From positions 60,001 to 92,000 of the forward strand of contig OY969114.1 in NCBI GenBank assembly GCA_963698035.1: DNA of 32,000 bases, in the 5' to 3' direction. The position numbers were made by a program, and so were the translations under genes. Below the pieces are notes generated by a model. The model saw only the letters and a program-made list of their open reading frames with translations, searched no databases and was not told where the DNA came from. The stretch's first letter is position 1. Every line of letters begins with the position of its first letter. This DNA comes from Candidatus Saccharimonadota bacterium (GTDB lineage Archaea; Micrarchaeota; Micrarchaeia; Micrarchaeales; Micrarchaeaceae). Shown here piece after piece: positions 25,566 through 32,000 of the stretch.

Positions 25566-26561
25566 ATGCAAGAGAAAAGGATCGTGCTGTCAAAGACGCC
25601 GCTCAGGATAACATTTGCAGGAGGCGGCACCGACATACCATCATATTATGAGGAGCATGGACCGGGCGCTGTGCTCTCTGCTTCGATAAACCACTATATA
25701 TACGTCAGCGTGGGCATCAACTTCTACCCTGATGAGATAAGGGTGAGCTACTCGAAGACGGAAAACGCGCTGAAGAGCATAAATGATATAAAACACCCAA
25801 CGGTGAGGGAGGCGATGAGGCTCCTGGGCGTGAAGAACGGCATACAGCTCGTAAGCATAACCGAGATACCCTCTAGAGGGACCGGCTTGGGATCGAGCAG
25901 CAGCTTCCTCGTGGGGACGCTGAACACGCTGCACGCGAGGAGGGGCGAGAGGGTAAGCGCGAGGCAGCTCGCAGAGGAGGCGGTGCTGATTGAGAGGAAG
26001 GTGCTCAAGGAGCCCGGCGGTCTGCAGGACCAGTACATCGCAGCATACGGCGGTATAAAGTACATGGAGTTCGACAGGCACGGAAAGGTTTCGATGCATG
26101 ACATATCAATAAATTACGAGGATATGAAAATTCTGGAGAAGCACATAATGCTTTTCTATACAGGAAGGGAGAGATCGTCAACAAAGATCCATTCCGGGCA
26201 GGAAAAAGTGCTGGATGACCATATAGAGGCTTACGACAGGATGAGGGATCTGGCAGGCGAGACTGCGAAGGCGATAGAGAATGGTAAGATGGAGCATGTG
26301 GGAGCATTGCTCCATGAGAACTGGATGCTGAAGAAGACGCTTGCGGGCGGGATAAGCAACCCGGTGATAGACAGATGGTACTCGGCCGCAATGAAGAGGG
26401 GCGCCTTGGGAGGGAAGATAATAGGCGCGGGCGGAGGGGGATTCCTAATGATATTCGCGCCGCCTGAGAAACAGAAGGGGATAAAGGGCGTTTTAAGCAG
26501 CCTGAGGCAGATACCGATTGAATTTGACTTGCAAGGCAGCAGAATCGTGTATGCTGATTGA
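25566..26561 (+). CDS. GHMP-family sugar kinase (COG2605/HddA-like, e.g. heptose-7-phosphate kinase type), 331 aa
   Basis: SKTPLRITFAGGGTDIPSYY N terminus, GHMP motif II PSRGTGLGSSSSF, motif III GAGGGGF. The N terminus differs from that of mevalonate kinases. Confidence 0.75.
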   Translation: MQEKRIVLSKTPLRITFAGGGTDIPSYYEEHGPGAVLSASINHYIYVSVGINFYPDEIRVSYSKTENALKSINDIKHPTVREAMRLLGVKNGIQLVSITEIPSRGTGLGSSSSFLVGTLNTLHARRGERVSARQLAEEAVLIERKVLKEPGGLQDQYIAAYGGIKYMEFDRHGKVSMHDISINYEDMKILEKHIMLFYTGRERSSTKIHSGQEKVLDDHIEAYDRMRDLAGETAKAIENGKMEHVGALLHENWMLKKTLAGGISNPVIDRWYSAAMKRGALGGKIIGAGGGGFLMIFAPPEKQKGIKGVLSSLRQIPIEFDLQGSRIVYAD

Positions 26562-26572
26562 CAGATTATAAT

Positions 26573-26587
26573 GGCGCTGCTAGCGCC
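26573..26587. terminator. GC-rich inverted repeat between convergent genes (GGCGCT-gct-AGCGCC)
   Basis: A perfect 6-bp inverted repeat 12 nt after the GHMP kinase stop. It overlaps the stop region of the convergent 113-aa ORF. A role as terminator is inferred only. Confidence 0.3.
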
Positions 26588-26921
26588 CCTCTCCAAGTCT
26601 AAAGCCCTGCCTCTCATCTTCTAATTTAGCTCTTCTGTGAGCCTCCTTTGCAGTATATCCTTTTCTTTTATAGTCTATTTCTACTAGCTCGTGATGCAAT
26701 ATCCCTTTTTCGAACTTTTTGTATTTATCAGATATCCATATTTGGTTAATAGGTATCTTTAGCCATGCAGCTGGTCTTGTAGAAATTATTTTACCCTTAT
26801 ATCTAACTTTGTAGCAAGCAATGTGCTCTCCTATTAGCTTGTCAGGAACATAGACTATTTTATAACCCAGTTTTTTGATTTCGGCTTTTATATTGCCCCT
26901 AGCCATACTCAAGCTTCTCAT
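26580..26921 (-). CDS. Hypothetical protein, 113 aa (AT-rich; family not recognised)
   Basis: ORF with Lys-rich composition and AAA/ATA/TTT-biased codons, unlike the neighbours. It contains LHHELVEIDY, which is not a canonical HExxH. The start may be Met6 (26906). Confidence 0.5.
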   Translation of the reverse strand: MRSLSMARGNIKAEIKKLGYKIVYVPDKLIGEHIACYKVRYKGKIISTRPAAWLKIPINQIWISDKYKKFEKGILHHELVEIDYKRKGYTAKEAHRRAKLEDERQGFRLGEGR

Positions 26922-27058
26922 TAGAAAATTAAAGCCTTAGCTAGCCCAAGCCAAGGAAGCTAGATAAAGAGCTAGAGAGAAGGGGAGCTGCTGGCGCCCT
27001 TGGAGAACCTCTCTGCAGGCTGGGAGGGGCACTGGAGTAAAGGCAAATTTAATATATT

Positions 27059-27910
27059 ATGACGACCGTATTATCAGCTATGACTGAAGCTCTGTTCAAG
27101 CAGGTAGACGTATTCTATGGCGTGGAGTGGCCTATCGAAGATTCTGTCTATAGGGACCAACAGCAGGATCTGAAGAAGAACCCGCACGCGAATGAGGACA
27201 GCACGGTGAAAAAGGTAAAACTCGCTGATATTCTAAGAAGCAATGCTTCAGCTCCGGCTGAAGGCCAGCTGCTGGTACGCTCTGATGAGTTTTTCGTGAT
27301 TGCATCGCCTCCAAGGCAGTACCGGTATCTCGGGTTTCAGTACGGCAAGTCCGATATAGTCGTTGTGGGGCGACCGGACCAGGCAGAGGAGTGCAAGAGC
27401 AAGTTTGAAGAGGAAAAGGAAAGGGCGCTCCTTGACAAAGCCAGACTTGATGATTACCTAAAGAAGGCAATGCCACTGCTAAAAAGATTATTTGAAGAGG
27501 GGATCATAGAAGGAGTGATAGGTAGGGGATCTTACTTTGAGGATAATGGATTTCCATCGCCTGAGGATGATGTTGATCTTGTTCTGATGAGATTGAAGGA
27601 TCTGAACGATGAGGAGCAGAGCAAACTAGAGTCAATCTTAATGCAGGAAAAGTCATTTCCGATACTTTTCATACCTCTGCAGGGTGGCCAGGAGAAAACC
27701 ATTAATGGGATAAAAACAGGAAAACCCATCAGCCTGATTTTTACATCAAAATCTATAGTAGAGAGCCAGCCAGGTATTGAATACGACAGGCATGTGCTCC
27801 AGCATGGCATCGGGATAGATGTTGAAGGGCTTCCTAAAGAAAAGTCAGAAAAATTAGCAAAGGAATTTCTAAGCCTTCTACCAAAACATAACCGGTCAAA
27901 GAGTTACTGA
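27059..27910 (+). CDS. Two-domain protein: unknown N-terminal domain plus coiled-coil plus C-terminal Pol-beta-type nucleotidyltransferase-fold domain, 283 aa
   Basis: LLKRLFEEGIIEGVIGRGSYFEDNGFPSPEDDVDLVLM matches the minimal NTase signature (helix, hG[GS], then [DE]h[DE]h). No clear third acidic residue was recognised downstream. Confidence 0.55.
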   Translation: MTTVLSAMTEALFKQVDVFYGVEWPIEDSVYRDQQQDLKKNPHANEDSTVKKVKLADILRSNASAPAEGQLLVRSDEFFVIASPPRQYRYLGFQYGKSDIVVVGRPDQAEECKSKFEEEKERALLDKARLDDYLKKAMPLLKRLFEEGIIEGVIGRGSYFEDNGFPSPEDDVDLVLMRLKDLNDEEQSKLESILMQEKSFPILFIPLQGGQEKTINGIKTGKPISLIFTSKSIVESQPGIEYDRHVLQHGIGIDVEGLPKEKSEKLAKEFLSLLPKHNRSKSY

Positions 27911-27989
27911 TTGTAATTTATGACCCCTGCAACCACACCACTTTAATTAGTTGGCCTGAAGAGGTTTCCAAGCCCAAACCCCGGGCGCG

Positions 27990-28018
27990 GGGAGCTATTT
28001 TGGGCGCTGCTAGCTCCC
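27990..28018. other. 8-bp stem hairpin GGGAGCTA-(13 nt)-TAGCTCCC downstream of the NTase gene
   Basis: Perfect inverted repeat. A smaller hairpin CCCCG-ggcg-CGGGG (27977-27990) lies just upstream. The loop contains GGCGCTGCTAGC, also found at 26573-26584. Confidence 0.4.
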
Positions 28019-28109
28019 TCCAGCGTCAACCCTTTATATCTTTAACTCCTATTGCTCTCCAGACCGAATTGATACAAAGCAGCTATCCCTCATTATCTCT
28101 ACCGGACAT

Positions 28110-28310
28110 CTAATATTCCAAGAAAACGAATGACTTATATCTTGTATTTTGACGTAGCCTCCAGAACCTTTTTAAACTCTTATGACCATAAAGTAGAGGT
28201 GTTAAAGTGAGAAAAGCAGCTACGAGATCCAAAAATAAAGAGAATAAGACCAATGTCGAATTCTCAGCGCTACTTAATTCGTCAGGAAATATAAAGGCTG
28301 GGAAACTCAA
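28110..28310 (-). CDS. Possible small membrane protein, 66 aa (uncertain)
   Basis: One hydrophobic segment (LVLFSLFLDLVAAFLTLTPLLY) is followed by basic residues. It is AT-rich, like the adjacent radical SAM gene. Competing small plus-strand ORFs exist at 28130-28210 and 28207-28332. Confidence 0.3.
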   Translation of the reverse strand: MSFPAFIFPDELSSAENSTLVLFSLFLDLVAAFLTLTPLLYGHKSLKRFWRLRQNTRYKSFVFLEY

Positions 28311-28362
28311 GTCATTTCGTGCAATGGACTAACTTGTAAAACAACAATAAATAGCGTTTACA

Positions 28363-29670
28363 ATGTTACGATTCGAAGGGCGAGAGGAATTCTTCGGCTC
28401 CGTTTTTTATGATTTTGAAAATAAAAACTTTATATCTTTTTATATAAACACTACAGAAACTCTAAAAGATCCAAAGCTTAGTAATAAAGATAAAAATTTT
28501 GAAATGCAATGCAATAAAATAGGTTTGCTGAAAGGAAATAAGCCAAACTATTATTTTATTAAAAATGAATCTTTTCCTAATGTATTGTCTGCACCGCTAA
28601 GATTACATTTAGCATATACTGCGGCCTGTAATCTAAGGTGCGCACATTGCTTAGGCGGAAACTACGTTGGCAAAGTGCCAAATGAATTAACATACAAAGA
28701 AAAGATAGATATTTACAATCAAATGGTAAATTTAGGTATAAGAGAAATATTGATAGGTGGAGGTGAACCATTCATCAAAGAAGATTTTGTAGATTTCCTG
28801 CGTGAAGGAGCAAAAAGAGATATAAATCAGAAGGTATTTACCAATGGTCTTCTTTTAAACGAGAAGATAATTGATCAAATCAAAGACATACCCCTAGCCT
28901 ATCTTTCAGTCAGTTTGGATGGCGCGTGTGACAAGAGTTATTATGAAGTAAGACACGTAAGTAAATTTGATCAGGTAGTTGATACCTGTAAACAGCTTAC
29001 AAAAAAAGTAAAATTTCCAGTAGTAATTCAAACAACGGCTACAAGAGCAAACATAAATGAAATAGACCAATTCTTAGAGATTGCTGCAGAAACTGGTGTA
29101 TCAAAGCTAAAAATAAGGCCATTAAAACCAGGAGGCAGTATACTAAAACATTCAGATCTAGTGTTGAGCGCATTGGAGTACCTCAACTTCATAAAAACCG
29201 CGCAAGAACACTGGACAAAGAACTACAAGAATAAATTTAGTTTGGACTACTCTTGGGGTAATGTAAGGTTGTTTTTTGACGAGCCTAACTCTAAAATTAT
29301 TGTAGACCAGATTCCGCAACCCCATATGGGCTATGGTTGTCTTGCAGGTAAAATAAGTATGTTCATCGATCCTGCAGGTAAAACATTCCCCTGTGTTTTC
29401 TTAGACTCTTATATAAATCTGGATGAATACGAAAATGTACGCTGCCATAGCTTGAAAGATATCTGGAAAAATGGACCAACATTCAATTTACTTAGAAATC
29501 TGAATGGGAATACCAAATGCATGAATTGTAGATATTATGGCGTATGCAGGGGGGGTTGCATTGCACGAATATTATATGCACAAAAGAAGATGAGTGATCC
29601 AGACCCGTGGTGTCTGAATGAATATTTTCCGCTAAACCCTCAAGAGCAAGTTAAGGTATGCCCTACTTAA
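28363..29670 (+). CDS. Radical SAM enzyme with C-terminal SPASM domain (peptide/protein-modifying maturase type), 435 aa
   Basis: CNLRCAHC (Cx3Cx2C) at ~aa 89-96, and a GGGEP SAM-binding motif (ILIGGGEPF). SPASM cysteines are present: GYGCLAGK...FPCVF...CMNCRYYGVCRGGCIAR. A ~80-aa N-terminal extension (EEFFGSVFYDFENKNFISFYIN) precedes the core. The gene is strongly AT-rich. Confidence 0.85.
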   Translation: MLRFEGREEFFGSVFYDFENKNFISFYINTTETLKDPKLSNKDKNFEMQCNKIGLLKGNKPNYYFIKNESFPNVLSAPLRLHLAYTAACNLRCAHCLGGNYVGKVPNELTYKEKIDIYNQMVNLGIREILIGGGEPFIKEDFVDFLREGAKRDINQKVFTNGLLLNEKIIDQIKDIPLAYLSVSLDGACDKSYYEVRHVSKFDQVVDTCKQLTKKVKFPVVIQTTATRANINEIDQFLEIAAETGVSKLKIRPLKPGGSILKHSDLVLSALEYLNFIKTAQEHWTKNYKNKFSLDYSWGNVRLFFDEPNSKIIVDQIPQPHMGYGCLAGKISMFIDPAGKTFPCVFLDSYINLDEYENVRCHSLKDIWKNGPTFNLLRNLNGNTKCMNCRYYGVCRGGCIARILYAQKKMSDPDPWCLNEYFPLNPQEQVKVCPT

Positions 29671-29683
29671 TTTCATTGTTTGA

Positions 29684-30025
29684 TTATGCAGCATGTGATT
29701 TTTCTCTTTCGTTTATCTTTTGAAACAATATCTGTGGCTCGGTTACTCTGATAGTGCCATGTGATAGGGTTTTGGCACTATCAAACGATTTTGCATCATT
29801 ACCTAAATATTGTGAAAGCTTTTCTACTGCTTCGGGGAGATATGGATACAACAAGACGCTCAGTGTCCTACAGATATTTGCACTTATGAATAATGTTTTC
29901 TCGCATTTGACTTTATCACTTTCTATAGTCTCCCGCGGTTTGCTGTCTTGAAAGTATTTGTTGCCCAATATGGATGTAGCGTCCAGACAGCAAATGAAAC
30001 GTGGTTTGTAATAGAGCTTGCAAGT
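29684..30025 (-). pseudogene. metG: Fragment of a methionyl-tRNA synthetase gene (anticodon-binding helical domain region only, ~113 codons)
   Basis: LGNKYFQDSKPRETIESDKVKCEKTLFISANICRTLSVLLYPYLPEAVEKLSQYLG...TEPQILFQKINE matches the MetRS N.Y...KPW...L.P.[ML]P pattern. There is no catalytic core, and the upstream in-frame stop lies at 30026-30028. It is AT-rich. Confidence 0.7.
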
Positions 30026-30042
30026 TCATGTCCTTAAGTCTA

Positions 30043-30153
30043 GCAAGCCTCTAGCCAAGGAAGGTGTGGAATGCTCTCCTGAAGCGAGGAAACAACATCC
30101 GCTGGTATGCCCAACGGATTGACATTGACAGCCAGATCGATAACCTTTGCCAT
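30043..30153 (-). pseudogene. Truncated 5' stub (37 codons) of a class I/II aminotransferase (HisC/CobD-like)
   Basis: MAKVIDLAVNVNPLGIPADVVSSLQESIPHL resembles the IDxSxNxNPLGxP N terminus of HisC/CobD-type enzymes. It then diverges (PWLEAC*) and stops. The ATG lies 8 nt after the decarboxylase stop. Confidence 0.6.
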
Positions 30154-30160
30154 GATAGAA

Positions 30161-31721
30161 CTAACCCCTGTTTTTATAGTTTGCCCATTCCCTCTCCCCA
30201 AGCTTTTCGGTATAATGCACCAGTTCCTCGAGATCCGCCTTGGTTGTAAGAGGGTTGCCAAGCATAAGCCTCTGCATCTGGTATACTTTGTCCTTTCCGG
30301 CACCAAGGACATTCTTGAAGTCGTTCAGGTTGAATGTATGGACATAGAATTCCCCTTCCATGAACATCTTCTTCTGAATTCTGAGGTTCAACTCGCTTAT
30401 CTTTCTTGCAGTCCCTATGGATTTGGTTGCATCGAGCTCCTCCTTGAGCTCCTTTGGCACGTACAAGTATACGGCGCTGTTTATCGCGATGTTGTTCATA
30501 AGGTAAAAGTTCTGGGTCTTTTCTATCACCGCCGCGAAATATTTCACCATCTCGTGCCTTCTCTCTATGAGCCTTCCGATCTTTTCCTTCCCCAGGTTCT
30601 TGATCAGGAACCAGAGCTTGAGGCTTTCAAAAGCCCTGCTGCCCAGAAACGGCGTTATCTGGCCGAACGAGAGCCTTTCCTTTGTTATCAAATCGCTCAC
30701 TCCGGACACCGACCTGATTGTTTCCGGATCCTTTACTAAAACGTAACTGAGCGGGTACGGTACGAAAAGAACCTTGTGAGGATCTATCGTAACCGAATCG
30801 GCGAGGTTTATGCCCTTTACTTTTGCCTTCAGCTTGTCGCTGAAACACAGCGATGCCCCGTGGCAGGCGTCTATGTGGAACCAGATCTTGTATCTCTTCG
30901 CTATTTTTGAGAGGCTAACGAAATCATCTATTGCCATGGTCCTTGAGTCTCCAGCGTAGGCTATGAGAGCGAATGGATGCCCGTCCACTTTTGCCTTTTC
31001 CAATTTTTCTACGAGATCCTTTTGGTCTATTGTGAAGTTCTCGGTCGTCTTCACCTCTATAATGTTCTCATCCCCAAGACCGAGCCATGCCATCGCAGCC
31101 TTTGAGGTATAGTGGCCTATGCCTTCCGGGATGAACATCTTGAGCGTTTTTTTGAGGCGTAGAGGCCCTTTGCCATGGTGTTCGGATAAGCGACCCCCTC
31201 GCCAGGAGCAACGCTATGGTATTCGCCAGCGTGCCTCCAGGCACGCTCATACCCCCAACCTGCAGTACTTCTGCGGGGTTTTTTATGATGTCGTAGCCTA
31301 TAAGCTCCCTGATCCAGTTTATCACCGCTATCTCCACATAGGTCGCGGTCGGCGAGGTGTGGATAGAGTTGAGCGTGTTTTGGTTCAGCAGGCCATAGGC
31401 GATGTACCCTGTGACCGCAGCCACAGAGTTTCCGCTGTCCGGAAATGCAAGAAAGTGAGGACTGGAGAAGTTCACCGACCCGTCCACTATCTTTGCATTG
31501 AATTCCTCTATCACCTTGTGCATGTCCTTGGGCTTTTTGGGTATCGGTTCGATCAGTTCCCTGAATATGGTATCCTGATCCTTGTAGCACAGGACCGATC
31601 TTCCGAGGTCCTTGCCGAGCTTGAAGTCCAGACCGACCTTGATCGCCTCCGAAAATATCTTTTCAACTTTCTTGCGATTTTTCTGGTTCACAAAGTCGTT
31701 TTCAAACTCATCCCCTTCCAT
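30161..31721 (-). pseudogene. Group II PLP-dependent amino-acid decarboxylase (Pyridoxal_deC family) interrupted by two -1 frameshifts in homopolymer runs; ~520 aa if repaired
   Basis: N-terminal ORF (31068-31721): FSSPHFLAFPDSGNS..., GGMSVPGGTLANTIALLLAR. C-terminal ORF (30161-31138): YAGDSRTMAIDD, WFHIDACHGAS, DPHK (PLP lysine). The bridging segment VAYPNTMAKGLYASKK is in the third frame. Frame changes occur at C5 (31194-31198) and T7 (31147-31153). Confidence 0.75.
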
Positions 31722-31801
31722 AAAATATCGCCAATTTCAAGATTATAATGTGATACAGTTATATCTATATATATTTAACAACGTAATTAGATTGACGTAC
31801 T

Positions 31802-32000
31802 ATTAACGGTGATTTTTTCAAGTATTTAGTTACGGCGGCCCTGCCGTATATAAACAATGTTCCCCACCTAGGACACCTTATAAGCACACTCTTGCCGGGT
31901 GATGTCTACAGTAGGTTTCTTAAACTGAAAGGGGAAGAATGCGTATATGTCTGCGGTACTGACGAGTACGGAACGACTATAGAAATAGAGGCACTAAAAA
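31802..32000 (+). CDS. metG: Methionyl-tRNA synthetase, N-terminal ~66 codons (continues beyond the window); no canonical in-frame start codon
   Basis: (I)[65 protein letters not shown] contains the class I HLGH (HIGH) signature and the GTDEHG-type motif. An upstream in-frame TGA lies at 31793-31795. GTG at 31809 is out of frame by one relative to a T6 run. Confidence 0.8.
   Translation, partial: MNGDFFKYLVTAALPYINNVPHLGHLISTLLPGDVYSRFLKLKGEECVYVCGTDEYGTTIEIEALK

Noticed and set aside
25566-26561. GHMP kinase as the mevalonate kinase partner of the UbiD/AcnX pair
   Set aside because: The N terminus (SKTPLRITFAGGGTD) is of the COG2605/HddA sugar-kinase type, not the mevalonate kinase type. 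The gene lies 9 kb away in a surface-glycan context.
23753-27995. Identical 13-mer GGGCGCGGGGAGC at 23753-23765 and 27983-27995
   Set aside because: A handful of 13-mer coincidences are expected by chance among all position pairs in 32 kb. One copy is inside a coding region, and there is no extended similarity around them.
26949-30063. 11-mer AGCCAAGGAAG at 26949-26959 and 30053-30063 as direct repeats flanking the accessory region
   Set aside because: The placement near both edges is tempting. However, 11-mers recur by chance many times in 32 kb, and the flanking sequence aligns poorly. This is not enough to call target-site duplications or att sites.
30107-31748. Plus-strand ORFs of 210 aa and 209 aa (30107-30739, 31119-31748)
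   Set aside because: Both are antisense to the PLP decarboxylase, whose motifs (DPHK, HIDACHG, GGTLAN) are unambiguous on the minus strand.
1-32000. CRISPR arrays, rRNA genes, transposases, integrases and IS elements
   Set aside because: I looked for regularly spaced direct repeats, rRNA-like conserved blocks and DDE/tyrosine-recombinase-like ORFs on both strands and found none.

Overview
This window is an archaeal chromosomal segment, roughly half G+C. The archaeal assignment rests on aIF2-gamma, Alba, archaeal DnaG, Hjc, a Hef-type helicase, L40e, an intron-containing tRNA and class III (pilin-type) signal peptides. Lineage cannot be fixed from sequence alone; the pilin leader style suggests a DPANN/Micrarchaeota-like or Thermoplasmata-like organism.

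Core content:
- Information-processing genes.
- Three tRNAs: Phe-GAA, Gly-GCC, and Thr-UGU with a ~37-nt intron.
- A PadR-ABC exporter-surface protein operon with a perfect palindromic operator.
- A divergent Lrp/AsnC and AsnA-like pair with phased AAATAC repeats in the shared promoter.
- A translationally coupled UbiD-family decarboxylase plus fused aconitase-X gene pair, the signature of the archaeal modified mevalonate pathway.
- A cell-surface block: MOP flippase, type IV pilin-like protein, sequon-rich membrane proteins and a GHMP sugar kinase.

Most unusual observations:
1. A single ORF encodes two Alba domains, made by a recent 306-bp in-frame tandem duplication.
2. In an L40e-led operon, a 154-aa ORF is separated by one in-frame TGA from a complete C4 zinc ribbon that has no start codon of its own.
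3. Copies of the tRNA-Thr 3' end and a ~38-nt repeat bracket the next two genes.
4. A compositionally mosaic accessory region (~26.56-30.04 kb) carries an atypical nucleotidyltransferase-fold protein and a strongly AT-rich orphan radical SAM/SPASM maturase. It ends in a rearrangement scar: a 37-codon aminotransferase stub abutting an inverted MetRS C-terminal fragment, ~1.8 kb from the resident metG.
5. Three single-base deficits in homopolymer runs lie within ~700 bp. Two break a PLP decarboxylase and one leaves metG without an in-frame start; these may be sequencing artefacts.

No CRISPR array, rRNA, transposase or integrase was seen. All functional calls come from motif recognition by eye, with no database search.
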